Shown: piece by piece, positions 20,401-33,404 of the stretch
How the letters are laid out: each line of letters starts with the position of its first letter
How positions within the stretch are numbered: the stretch's first letter is position 1
Assembly: GCF_039654945.1 (NCBI RefSeq)
Contig: NW_027361796.1
Coordinates: 15,748,001 to 15,812,000 of the forward strand
Direction: 5' to 3'
Source of the DNA: Dendrobates tinctorius
Lineage: Eukaryota
DNA: 64,000 nucleotides
Made by a program: the position numbers and the translations under genes
The notes under the pieces: model-generated
The model's database searches: none
Seen by the model: the letters and a program-made list of their open reading frames with translations, nothing else
Told to the model about the DNA's origin: nothing

Positions 20401-21542
20401 AAGAATTATATATAGATTTTATTTCCGTGCCTTTATTGCGCTGAGCTTGTGATACGGAGACAATTTTGTTAAGGATGGTAAGGTATAATATCAGCAGTGA
20501 ACTAATTGGTTGCAAACAAAATGTAGACTTTAGCTTAACAACAAGAGCAGAGGATGTTTTTCAGAACAAGAGGAAGCCCTGGAGGTTGCTGCAATAATGG
20601 ATATTTCTATGATTTATTATTTTAGAGCCACACGAACTCAGCAATTTCAATACAATGGTGGGAATATACACGATCTTGCTGAATTTGCTCCACAAGTGGT
20701 TTTGAAGTGGTCAGTGCTTCGTCTGAAGTCCTGTATTGAGTACTTAACATGAACCCTCATGAGTGTTACTCCAGTACAAACATCATTCTGTGTGTGTATT
20801 GTGCCTAAATATCTAGTAGATGGTGGAGCACATCTGCCTCCATATTGGCAACAGCCTACATATAAGATATTGCGAAGTCTGACATTTGGGCCAATACCAC
20901 ATCTGAATGTGGCACCACCATAATCATTTGCAGAGACGAGTATGGTGCTTGCCGCTCTGGCAGTGAGACTGGCATGCTACTTAACGATGTACTGGTATTA
21001 AGCTCACCAGTTGTGTTAAAATGGGCTTCCTCCTGCTGAATTACAAGACCATTGCTGTTATGGTTGGCTTATGCTTTAATTTCCTTGGCGCGGCTCAAAA
21101 CAGGCTGTCAAGTTAATTTGCTTTAATTTGTGTGTTTGATAATGTAATTTGATTGCAAGCTCAAATGGCGCTGGGATCGATGTTTACTCTCACCCCTTCG
21201 GGTAAAACACTGTCAAGTAGAAGGTTTTAAAGACACCATCAAGTTCAGCTTGCTGCAGTATTACTTGTGGGTAACAGGTGGCGGTATAGAGCCTAATTCT
21301 TCTTTCCTTGCGTATGTTTATGGCATTGCCCTTGTAGATTATAACATGGGAGATGTTGAAATCGAATGCAGGGCAAAGTATTACAGGCCGCTTCTCTGCA
21401 GTCAGTGTGCATGGAAATTGGTGTGCCTTTTCTCTTTTTAAAGGAAGATAAAATAGTTCGCAATTGACTTGTGCATGTCTGACACCAATCATCAGTGAAG
21501 CCATTTTGATTATATGAGCAATGCCCACCTTTTAATAATCAT

Positions 21543-22338
21543 AAGGCTTGACTGGACAGATTGGAGCCTTCTATACCTGCTCTGCAAGGCTTGACTGGAC
21601 AGATTGGAGCCTTTTATACCTGCCCTGCAAGGCTTGACTGGACAGATTGGAACCTTTTATACCTGCACTGCAAGGCTTGACTGGACAGATTGGATCCTTT
21701 TATACCTGCACTGCAAGGCTTGACTGAACAGATTTGAGCCTTTTATACCTGCACTGCAAGGCTTGACTGGACAGATTGGAGCCTTCTATACCTGCACTGC
21801 AAGGCTTGACTGGACAGATTGGAGCCTTCTATACCTGCACTGCAAGGCTTGACTGGACAGTTTGGAGCCTTTTATGCCTGCACTGCAAGGCTTGACTGGA
21901 CAGATTGGAGCCTTCTATACCTGCAATGCAAGGCTTGACTGGACAGATTGGAGCCTTTAATACCTGCAATGCAAGGCTTGACTGGACAGATTGGAACCTT
22001 TTATACCTGCACTGCAAGGCCTGACTGGACAGATTGGAGTCTTTTATACCTGCACTGCAAAGCTTGACTGGACAGTTTGGAGCCTCTTATACCTGCACTG
22101 CAAGGCTTGACTGGACAGTTTAGAGCCTCTTATACCTGCACTGCAAGGCTTGACTGGACAGATTGGAGCCTTTTATACCTGCACTGCAAGGCTTGACTGG
22201 ACAGATTGGAGCCTTTAATACCTGCACTGCAAGGCTTGACTGGACAGATTGGAACCTTTTATACCTGCACTGCAAGGCTTGACTGGACAGATTGGAGCCT
22301 TTTATACCTGCACTGCAAGGCTTGACTGGACAGATTGG
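21543..22338. repeat. 43-bp minisatellite, about 18 copies
   Basis: Unit CAAGGCTTGACTGGACAGATTGGAGCCTTTTATACCTGCACTG. Confidence 0.95.
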
Positions 22339-22567
22339 GGCAGCGCATAACCAGAAATATGGAGAGGCCATGAAAACAACTGACCTTTTCCAAGAGTAGG
22401 AGCAGTGTGAGCTTACTGATCTATACCTAGGCAGCATGCAGTCATCTTGCAGACTGCTTTCTATAGACTCTAGGGTCACTGAATGATACATAAACTATTT
22501 TCTGTGTCATGCACCACCTCCTCATTTTATTTAACACCAAAACCTTTGCTTCCCTTTGGAACCCTTA

Positions 22568-22928
22568 GGCTGAGTGCACACGTATTTTTTGGCCCTGCAG
22601 ATTTTTCCGCGCAGAATGGAAGAAATCCGCAGGTCAAATGACCTGAATTTTTCCTGCGGATTTCTTCCATTTTTCATGCGGTTTTCCATCGCGGTTTTCC
22701 CCCTGCGGATTTGGTGACAGGGGAGATGGAAAACCGCACAAAAGAAGTAACATGCTGCGGATTTTGTACCGCGGGAAAACCGCGCGGAAAAATCCGCAGC
22801 GTCTGCACAGCATTTTTTTTTTACATTGATTTTAAGGCTACTGTACATCACAATGCAGAAATGCAACGTTTCTGCGCGGTAAAATCCGCTGCGGAACCGC
22901 TGCAAATCTGCATCGTGTGCACACAGCC
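22568..22928. mobile_element. Harbinger-type MITE
   Basis: GGCTGAGTGCACACG...CGTGTGCACACAGCC flanked by TTA on both sides; internal CCGC/GCGG repeats. Confidence 0.82.
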
Positions 22929-24386
22929 TTACTCTAAAGTCTGGCCTCAATTAGCATTTCGTCTGTCATCTATGAGGCTCAAGCAGGAAAACATTAAGGT
23001 CAATCTTGTTCTTTTCTTAGACACGGTGACATCACACAGACCTGGTGTGCCAGGAGAACGGGACGCATGCCAAAGAGCTCAGTCCATCATGTTTACAAAC
23101 TGACAATTAAAAATGATTTAAAAAACACTTTAGCATATCAGATCTCTTGACATATAAAGGAGCTAATGATCCTGCTGTAGACCCGACATCTGCTGATGCT
23201 ACCAGATCTTTTCTCACTAGAAAGCTTTACATTTAGTTTCTTTGCCCCTCTGATGGCTCTGTGCCCTCTCGCTCCTCCTGGCACTAAGCCATCCAGTATC
23301 CATACAAGCAGTAAGCCCAGCTCTAGGCTAGCGTGCACATTATGTCTGCCCATGTACACAAGTACGGGGTGCTGCCAGCGATACAGGCATCCTGCTTTAT
23401 GGGATAGACAAAGCCATAGGCAGCCTGAAAATAACATTGTCTGCAATTTCAATAGATACCATAAAAGCTATGTATGAATGTTTTTTTTTTCACAGTGATT
23501 ATATGTTTGAATATCTTTTACAATTATGCTTTACCCCTTTAAGTCTGCAGAATGTGTTTACTGGAATGTTTTAAGTGCCCTATTCTCTAGGGGAGAGTAC
23601 TATCTCTTTCCTCCCTAATGACATCCATGATGGCTTAATCATTATTTCTATGTACTCTCTATTGAATACTAATAAATAATTGTCCACTTGCCAGTTATTT
23701 CACTGTTATTTGCTCATACTCTACGTACAACTTTTAGTAAATGCTAAACTTTTCTTAAAAAATTGGGAGCTGACACTCAGATTTGTGCCACAGATTTGCC
23801 ATAAATCCAAATTCTGTGCGGCAAAATCCACATAGAGGCTACTTCTGTAAGGAACAGTTTACTGGAGTCTTCAAATTTGTTGCTGCCTGAATGACATCAT
23901 AAATCATTAATTGAAAACAATAGGAGGTGGTTTGTGGTCAATTTTTCTCATATGTCGGCACAGAATATACAGCGAAATCCTAGGGAAAAAACTCCCATTG
24001 TCTATATCCTTTTAATTTTCATGATTGTTTTGGCCAGATGTTTTGATATGTACATTGTGTATATATTACATTGTTATAGCTCATAAATGAATCGGCAAAG
24101 CTGCTTATTAAAAGTCTTTATAAGGTAATTTATAGTGAATGCATTTTAGTGGCAAATGCTGGAACTGAAGACGTGTCTCTATGAATGACAGGCAGTCAGT
24201 TACTTATGCTCCAGAATGCAGCTTCGACTCTGGAAAAAGAGAACTATAAAGAAATACCCAATATAAGTGATATAAAATATTACCCTCAAGTACACGTAGT
24301 TATAACTCTAATACTGTGAGGTATAGGTTCTATGCTAAATATGAAAAAAACATTGTATGTGTAATTAGGTCATTAGGCCCTTCGCA

Positions 24387-24624
24387 CAGACTTGGACTGG
24401 CACACAGGTGAACAGGAGAATCCTCTGGTGGGCCTCTGTGCAGGAATGGGCCACACCCACATATCTGAGCAGTACCCAATGGCAGCATCTTATTTATTTG
24501 ACAATCTACCCTGTTCACTGTTCTATAAATTTGTGATTCAGGGTAATGTCACATTTTCCTGTAGTTGAAAAGTGGGGCCTGCAGTAGGTTACTGGTGGGT
24601 CCTTGGCACCCCAGTCCAACACTG
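24387..24624. mobile_element. hAT-type MITE (same family as 40927-41166, opposite orientation)
   Basis: CAGACTTGGACTGG...CCAGTCCAACACTG; degenerate 8-bp TSD CCTTCGCA/CCTTCAGA. Confidence 0.65.
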
Positions 24625-24914
24625 CCTTCAGAAACAGGTATTTATAAAGAGATTTCATTGGTAAACTACACAAAAGCCCTCTGTGGCATTGACACTGTTC
24701 CTACTGGTGTTTGATGCACAAGGAATTGGCCTTCACCACATGCTGAGTCAAACATTTATTAGACATTTATTGGCTAGTGATTGACAGCCACAGACAGTAA
24801 AAAAAACTTCTGAGTGCTATTGAGACCACCAGGGAAACCTCTTACTGTGTTGCAGTGTTGTTGGTGTTATGTTATACCAGCACTATAAATACTTAGGAGT
24901 CTTCACAATATTAA

Positions 24915-25464
24915 AGGGAATCTGTCACCCTATTTTTCGCCTATCAGCTGTCGTCACCAACATCAGGGGCTTATCTACAGCATTCTGTAATGCTCTGTAA
25001 TGTTCTGTCCGGTCCAATGGGTGTCACGGTCCGGTCCGGTGCCTCCCTTCTTCTAACGGTGATGTCCTCTTCTTTCTTTCCCGCTGCGGCTCCTGCGCAG
25101 GCACACTGCTCTGCCCTGTTGAGGGCGGAGCAGAGTCCTGCAGTGCGCAGGGGCGGGGAGAGGTCCGGCACCCGCGCACTGCAATATTCTGCTCTGCCCT
25201 CAACAGGGCAGAGCAGTGCGCCTGTGCAGGAGCCACAAGAGGCAACAAAGAAGAGGACGTCACCATTAGAAGATGGGAGGCGTCGGACGGGACGGTGACA
25301 CCCATTGGACCGGACCGAATGCCAGGGTGAGTATAATCTAACTCTTTTTTCTTCTCTTTCAGGTTACATCGGGGGCTTATCTACAGCATTACAGAATGCT
25401 GTAGATAAGTCCCTGATGTCGGTGCCAGCAGCTGATAGGCGAAAAATAGGGTGACAGATTCCCT
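24915..25464. mobile_element. T2/Kolobok-type MITE with internal palindrome
   Basis: TTAA|AGGGAATCTGTCACCCTATTTTTCGCC...GGCGAAAAATAGGGTGACAGATTCCCT|TTAA; internal inverted repeat at about 25008-25318. Confidence 0.88.
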
Positions 25465-25567
25465 TTAATTTCTCTAAGGGTCATTTTACCCATGCAGACA
25501 AATTGCTCACAGCAGGTATCAGTCAATGGTACAGAAAGCTGGTCAGCATTCATGTACCTTCATCTAA

Positions 25568-25838
25568 GGCCTCTTTCACACTTCAGTTTTTTACAATCAG
25601 TCACAATCCGCCAGGTTTTGAAAAAAAACGGATCCTCAATTTTTTTTTGAGGATCCGTTTTTTTCCCCATTGACTTGCATTAATGGCGGATTGTGACGGA
25701 TTGCTGTCCGTTGCATCCGTTTTTTTTGAGGATCCGCCAAAAGTTGCTGTCCGTCACCATCCTCAAAGATTTCAAAACGGAGCTTGTATCGTTTTTTCCT
25801 CTGGCTGATCCTCCAGACACTGATTTAACCCGAAATTT

Positions 25839-25901
<63 letters not shown>

Positions 25902-26063
25902 TCTCTCCTTCCCGGCCAGCGTTTCCTTTAAATTTCCTCATTTTCAGGATCCGTCTCAAAATGGATCCTGTGCCATCCGTTCACATCAGTTAAGAACGGA
26001 TCCGCTTGTCTGACTTTTTGGCGGATTTGAACTGATGCAAAAAACTGAAGTGTGAAAGAGGCC
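25568..26063. mobile_element. Harbinger-type MITE (GGATCC-rich family, copy 1)
   Basis: TAA|GGCCTCTTTCACACTTCAG...CTGAAGTGTGAAAGAGGCC|TAA; contains (CT)n; near-identical to 37801-38304. Confidence 0.9.
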
Positions 26064-26768
26064 TAAGCAGTGATGCAGGGGGGGTTCCATTGTTTGTTTC
26101 CCCTCACTTTCACTATTGTTAACGGGTTGTTAACTGGGAGGCACTGCTGTACAAAAATCAATGTTATACCTTCATGAAAGATGAGCTTAACAACAAAGAA
26201 CATGGGCAATGATTGGACACAACAGTTTGGAGGTCCATTGCTCCATGTTAAGGACCCCTAAGTATGTGGCTGTCAAAATAACTGGATGCAATGCAATTAT
26301 TTGACATAGACTCTTTGACTATATACTCTTCCAACAATTTGCTAAAATTCAGTTGCTAAACACTGATAATATGAAAAGCAACAAAAAAGAGACTTTTCAG
26401 AGGTAGGAGACACAAACTGGCAGTGATGGCTAGTGATGGATGTTGGGTCTTTGGAAGCAGAAGTCTCCAATGAAGACTACATTTTCACTTTTTATAATAT
26501 AATAGCTAATTCTTCTTTCTCTTAGTTTCTTTTTTGTTCACTACATTTACTGAAAAATATGAAGATCAACCATATTGTTGTATAGTTCCCATGGATGAGT
26601 AATGTTGAAGATGTTCAGCAACCACTTACTCCTTCTTCTGTAGAGACAACATGTTTAGACAAAATTACACAGTAGAAGGACAGAGATCATAACCACAAGC
26701 CTATTGGAATCTAACGTATATTGGTAGATTAAAGCAATTCACAGGTATTCAATATGCATGCTATTAAT

Positions 26769-26877
26769 GTGTACCTATGGTAACGTGTGCCTATGGTAAC
26801 GTGTGCCTATGGTAATGTGTGCCTATGCTAACGTGTGCCCATGGTAACATATGCCTATGGTAATGTGCCTTTGGTAA
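26769..26877. repeat. 16-bp tandem repeat (GTGTGCCTATGGTAAC), about 7 copies
   Basis: Direct reading. Confidence 0.85.
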
Positions 26878-27344
26878 GTCTATATTGGCTTGTTGGGTCT
26901 TGGCTTTAACCTTTTGGCACTTATGGATGTCACTCTATCTCCTCAACAGGGTCCACATCCATGTAGTGGGCTCAGGAGCTGAGTCTACTTCACACATGGT
27001 AGATGCTACAATTGCAGGGTGCCGATGAATCACTATAATTAGCCAGTGGCCTGTTGAAGGGTCTTGTTGCCACAATCTTGGTGTTCCTTTGAAGCCCACC
27101 AACTGGCTGGGTTTCATAAAAGACCATCATTTTCAATATATATTGCAAGCAATAAAAATATTTTGCTGTATATATCAAGCAATCAATCACAGGTTCAAGT
27201 AAAAAGTAAAATAAAAAATAAAAACGGTTTTAAGATTATAAAAAAACTTAAAAGTTTTTATCATCCTCTTTATCCTAGTTAAAAAATATTTTTTTTGGTA
27301 TTGCTGCTTCCAAAACAGTCCAATCTAGCAAAATCTATAATTTA

Positions 27345-28390
27345 CCGTATATGCGTGAGTGTCGTGAGTCAGGACAGGATTTTTTCTCCCGTCCTGGTTT
27401 GGTTGGGGTTATCTTTGTTTGGCCTCTCTTTGGTTCAAGGAGGGCTATTTAGACCTGCTCCTTGCAAGGCTCTGAATAAGTGATACTTCCGTTACTCGGC
27501 TTGAGCAGCTGACCCAGATTTCTCTGTTTGATATCGTTGTTCCTCTGTGTGTGTTTACCCGTGTATTACTCGGATAGTTCCTGGTTCCGCTTCTGCCTTC
27601 TGATTCGGGACTACTCTGAACTCTCTGGTCCTGATCCTCAGCTTTGTCTCTGTCCTCCCCCTGTCTTACCCTCTGGATCTCGCATTCCCGTCTAGCTTCT
27701 GACCTCAGCTCGTCCCTCACAATTCTCCTGTCTCTTCCTTCGGCTCTTACATGTCTGTCTGACTTCAGACCTCGGATCTCCTGACTACGTCCCCGGCACA
27801 TCTTTGACAGCCATTTCCCGTCCGCTCGCGTGGGTTGGCTCCGCCCCACGGCTGCTTCCTCGGCAGTCACGTGTCCTGCCAGGTCCTGCTCTAGTGTACA
27901 TCGCAGGTCGCTATGTCCGCACGCCTCCTGGCTGGACTACGTTCCTCGTGCAGCGCCCCCTAGGCCTTCCCTCTGGAGACATAGCTAGTGTGTCTTTATA
28001 TCGAGTATAATCCAAATTTTTCAGCACTTTTTTTTGTGCTGAAAATGCCCCCCTCGCCTTATACTCGAGTGAGGAACCCAGAAGACGGCAGGGGAGCAGC
28101 AGTGGCAGAGCAGCGGGTCACAGGATGCAGGAGCAGGCTGCTGGTGCGAAAGCCTGTGCCCACTGCTAAAGAGAAATGAATATTCACTGCGCTTGCAGTG
28201 AATATTCATTTCTCTGTAATAGCATGCACAGTGTCAACCTCAGCTGCCAACTTCCTGCAGCAGCCAGGCAATCACCTTGTCCCCCCATAAGAGAAATGAA
28301 TATCCATTTCTCTCCACTCCAATAGGCGTGGAGGGCAGTGAATATTCATTCCCTTTAGTAGCGAACACAGTGTCAGCCACAGCCGCAGAC
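27345..28390. mobile_element. Tc2/pogo-like MITE fragment interrupted by an LTR-like segment (about 27360-27981)
   Basis: TA-CCGTATAT start resumes as CGAGTATAA...TTTTTCAGCAC...GTGCTGAAAA...TTATACTCGAGT near 28000. The intervening CT-rich TG...CA segment has no clear TSD. Confidence 0.45.
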
Positions 28391-28394
28391 TTAC

Positions 28395-28663
28395 AGAAAA
28401 CGTTTGACGTCTGTCATTGCCAACAAAGGATATATAACAAAATATTGAGATGAACTTTTGTTAATGACCAAATACTTTTTTCCCCACCATAATTTGAAAA
28501 ATAAGTCTTGCCAAATCAGACAAGGTGATTTTCTGGATTTGTTTTCTCATTTTGACTCTCATAGTTGTGGTCTACCTATGATGTCAATTACATGCCTCGC
28601 TCATCTTTTTAAGTGGGAGAACTTGCACAATTGGTGGCTGACTAAATACATTTTTCCCCACTG
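28395..28663 (+). mobile_element. Tc1 3' end remnant
   Basis: Encodes a 'KRLTSVIANKGYITKY*' Tc1-type C-terminus, then a TIR ending CCCCACTG|TA. Confidence 0.7.
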
Positions 28664-31600
28664 TATATATACACAAAGACATATATATGTGCTAAAGCAT
28701 GTAAGTCCTTATGTTTCTGCGTGTGATTCTCATACTCGATACTGAATAATTCGAGATGTTATGGCTTGGTACGACTTGGTCTGTTATCAGTGTGCCTGGA
28801 GAAAACAAGTAGCGTGGTGCTCATACTCGATACTGAATAAATAAAGATATTTGTTTCTATTTTTTACCTCCACAGAGATGGTAGTAATGATCACGATGGC
28901 GTGCAGTGTTTCCCGACAAGCGCCATTTCGCTATTGCTTCTACCGGGCGCGTGACATTCCAGTGGATATATGGGCATTTTTTGTGATTACAAACTTTTGG
29001 TTGTTGTACATCCAACATAGCCTTATAAAGGACTACTTGGTATACAACCAGCATAGCAGATTACCTACTACCTAACATATAGCCTCACTTTCAATCCACC
29101 TCCCCCCTCTTTTTCTCTGACATTTGTGTTTCAATAAAAATATATAATTCTTAACTGTTGGGAATCTCTTCTTGGCAGGTGAATATATTCCTCACTTGTC
29201 TGTAGTTTTTCATATATATGGATGTGTAGAAAAATTCAGCAAAGTAAAATTGTTTTAAAAAATATAAGTTATAATAATTCATGAAGTGAATGAACAAAAG
29301 AGAAATCTAAATAAGTTTAATTTGTTCTGATCGGTCTTTGCTTTCAAGACAGCATCAAAGCATCAATTCTTCTAGATAAACTTGCCCATAATATTTAAAG
29401 GAACTTTGCAGAAAAGTTGTTCCAAACATCTTGGAGAACTAGTTATAGCTCTTAAATGGATATAGGCTTGCGCAAATCCTGTCTCTATATTTGAATTCCA
29501 CACAAACTCAGTGTTGTTGAGATCAAGGCTCTGATGGCCGCCTTTCATCACTTCCAGGACTCCTTGTTCTTCTTATTCGCTGAGGACAGTTCTTAATGAC
29601 ATTGACTGTATGCTTGGGGTCTTTGTTCTGGTGCAGATTAGATTTGGAGCCAAAGATTTCTGGTTAGTTCTCAGAGATGTTCGGGACAACCTTGCTGCCG
29701 AGTTCCTTCTGAAACTGTGGAAGTGTACCTAGAAGAATTGATGCAATTTTGAAGGACAGGGTGGTCATGACAAATATTGTTTTTATTCATATTTCTCTTT
29801 TGTACATTCACTTTGCATTTTGTTAATTGATAAAAATTAACTGTTAACATTTCTATTTTTTAAAGCGTCCATACTTTGCAGCAAGTTTTCCACCTCTGCT
29901 TTAAACTTTTGCAGAGTACAGAAATGGCTGAGCAAACAGTGCTATTGATTAATTGGATGTTTCATGCATGCAAAGAACAGTGAGTTTCTCATTGATTTGT
30001 GTGACAATAGTAATATAGATGAGAAATGCACTAGAACAACGTTTTATAATATATCCCATATAGAGTGTATATGTCATATTTACACATTGTAGGAGTTAAA
30101 GGAGCACATAACCGTGGTTGGTTTAAAGGAAAGTTAGCCTGTGTATTTAGCTACTTCATAGGGAATCAAAAGAATAGCTGCGACTGCAGTGACATGAATT
30201 GGAGAGTTGACGATGCCAACTGCAAGCAGATAGCTGTAGGCCACCACAATTATCACGTCTATGGATGATTGTTAAGTAATAAGTCTGGTAGGGATTGTGT
30301 ATATTAAGCATTCACCGAATGCAACTATTTATGACACCCGATTCATGTTGCCAACTTTATATTCTTCTTCCCATATACTGTTCCCCACAGATAACCTTTC
30401 ACACCCATCTTCTTTGCCAGACAAGCAGCACCACTAAGATACAGACTTGCTTGCGTAATGTGAATTTTGTTTACGGCAATGAAGCTAGCGCTCAGAAACA
30501 CTTGTAAAGTTTATAGCGTGGTCCTCTTGTTTTTGCCATCTTGCACAAAATTGGTTTGAAAGGTTTTGATATTGTAATAGCGGTGTTTTATTTTGAGTCT
30601 TGGTTTATGCCTTTCTGGAGTTCTGAATATTTTGTTGTAATCAAGCTAGTCATGATAGAGTGGATATGTATAGCACCTTACATCTGTACAGAATGTAACA
30701 TGTTGTATTGATCACAATATTATAGATAAATCTTTTCTATACATTCAGGTGAGAATAAATCTAGTAAAGGTCTTTGCTGAATAATTGAATAATAAGTCAC
30801 ACACTGCACTCATACGGTTAGTTCCCGCCTGAGGTGTGGACCTGTCCCTTGTAGTCACAGCAGCTGTCAAATAAATTGTAGGGAAATCCGTGTAAGTTGA
30901 CTGCGCAGTTTTTGCACAACTTCACAGTCGTAAAAAGTTAGTATTTGATTTAATGCAATTTTGCAGTATGATGTTAAATCTCAAGTCATGCTCCATTTGT
31001 AGCAAAGTTACGCCCCTTTCCCAAGACATTAAAAAAACTTTTTTGGATGAGTCTGAAAAAGTGTCTATAACACATACTTAATGTGGTCTAAGGCATACTT
31101 TAATCAAAATAAGCCAGAATTTTAGCATATTGAGCTTAGTAAATCTCCCCCATAATATGTGTAAGGCCTGCTTTACACGTCCTGGTGATTCCTGGACAGG
31201 AAAAACCAGTACTGGTGAGACTTGTGTCCCTGTGACATCCGTGTAATATCCTTGCATCCGTTTGCTGTCCGTGTGTTACATCTGTGTGACACGTACCGGC
31301 GCCTTGGGAAGAAGCGGTACAGTTCGCTCTCTTCCTAGGTGACGGCTGCAGAAGGCAGCTCCAATCATTGTCGCCCATTAGAGTCTATAGACGACTATCT
31401 ATAAAGATAGAGGTGGGATGAGTATAATATATATTGTATATAGTCTGTTGTATAACATATAGGGAGTAAATTGGGGGTCACCTAAGAGCCACTTGGAATC
31501 AAAAGTACCGTAAATCTCAAGAATATATTTAACAGGCCGAAGATGATAAGCCGAGAGAATAGATGATGTTTAAAATTATTGGTACATCGACTTAAGGAAG

Positions 31601-33076
31601 AAGTATGAAAATTTACAAGGTTGTAGGAGTAAACAAATGGAAGGAGCAAGACACGCTAGTGTTGGCATCATGGTAGACATTGGTTGTAGCATCTGTCTTG
31701 TTGCAACCTTCAAGGGGTAATGTAATTTAGACAGCAAGTGAAATTTCATTTCGTAAGGTTGATGTGTTAAAAGGTGAAAAAATGGGTAGACGACTGGATC
31801 AGAGTATGGAAAGAAAGGCAGGTCATACAAGAAGGCATTCCTATTATGTAGTGGCTGCTAAATCGATCTAAGAAAGGATATGCAGGGGCAGGGATAGGGT
31901 CCTGGGTACCCATGGCTCATTGATGCATGTGCGGAATGAAGGCTAGCCTTCTTGGCCTGTTCCCTTTGAAGATAGACTTTAGAACAAATTACTGAAAAAT
32001 TAGTGTTGTCTGTAATAGAATATTGTCAAAACCAAGCATTTCAGTTTGCTACATATGGAGTTTCATATGCAAAGGACTGGTTAGAGAGCGCATGCTGACT
32101 GACCGCTGTACTTCACTAAAAGTGTCTACAGTGAACTTTGGCGCAGTGGAAGAAGGTAGGCTGGACTGATTATTCATTATTTCTGTTACATTATATGGAT
32201 GCTGGATGTGTGTATCACTAACCTTGTGAACAAATGTCACCAGGGTCCACGAACTTCTGTTGGGAAACATTGGGTTTTGTAGATTTTTCTTTGATGTCTG
32301 CAGCCTAATAAAATGTTGTAAAACCTCTCAAAATATTGTTAAAAAACGAAGTATATCTCTTAGTGGCAACAATATTCCCTAATGGCAGTGGCCTCTTTCT
32401 GTAGGATAATTCCCCATGCCAGAATGCAAAAAATGTTCAGGAATTTTTTGAAGAACATACAGAGATAACTTAAGGTGTGAACTTGGCCTTCAAATTACTC
32501 ATCTCAATCTGTTCAAGGACAGGCTGTGAAAACAGGCCGGATCGATGATGGCCCAACATCACACTTAGCTGCTGTTAATGTTTTATAAGGATGTCTTCAA
32601 ATGTTCTGTGGAAAACCATTGCCTTAGTAAGGTCTGAGATGTTTTAGCAGCATGAGGTGGACCTACTGATCAGTGTAGGTCCACTTACACTGATGCTGGT
32701 GACAATATTTGAGAGAATACAGTTATCGTTCAATGGCAGATGCAAATATACATTGTGATCTAATCCTTATTAATGCCATATTTACCTGAAATACCTGATG
32801 AGCAAGTCTGATTCTGAAAAAAAACAGCTATACAATACTAGATGTTGTCATGTTGATGATGGTCATGGCAGAATGACTCAGCCTGAGAAATGAGATTTAG
32901 GATTCGAGAAATGCAGGATTGTTGTTTACTCCCTATAATTACAGTAAGCGTGACCCATGGAGCAATCATGAAAGGCTTTCTGATGCTAAATAAAAATATG
33001 CTCTGATGGTTTGGCTTTACTGGTATTTATATATTCATGGGGGAAAATAGCGTTAAGGAAAAAGCTTTATATTTAA

Positions 33077-33404
33077 AGACCACTATTTTTTGATTGATGA
33101 CCCACCTTAGGATTGGTCATTAATGTCTGATCATCTGGAGTCTGACACCCGGCACGCCCGCCGATCAAGTTGTTTTCAGTGTCGGGTACTGCACTTCTTA
33201 GTGATTTGAATCTCAGTTGGATTTGCAGTACAAAGCCACTACCAAAAGACAGCCAGCTCTGCCAGTGAGTATTTCCGGATAGTGGCCAGCGGAACAATGA
33301 TAACAGCTAATTGGCAGGGGCATCGGGTTACGGACTCCAGCTAATCAGACATTGATGACCTATTCTTTAGATAGATCATCAATCAAAATTAGTGGACAAC
33401 CTCT
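33077..33404. mobile_element. Decayed T2/Kolobok-type MITE
   Basis: TTAA-flanked; arms GATTGATGACC...GGTCATTAATGTCTGAT and ATCAGACATTGATGACC...GATCATCAATC; ends GGACAACCTCT|TTAA. Confidence 0.6.

Noticed and set aside
9636-22338. Regular arrays (55 bp at 9636-13495, 43 bp at 21543-22338) as CRISPR-like loci
   Set aside because: Head-to-tail repeats with no unique spacers, no cas genes, and a vertebrate context.
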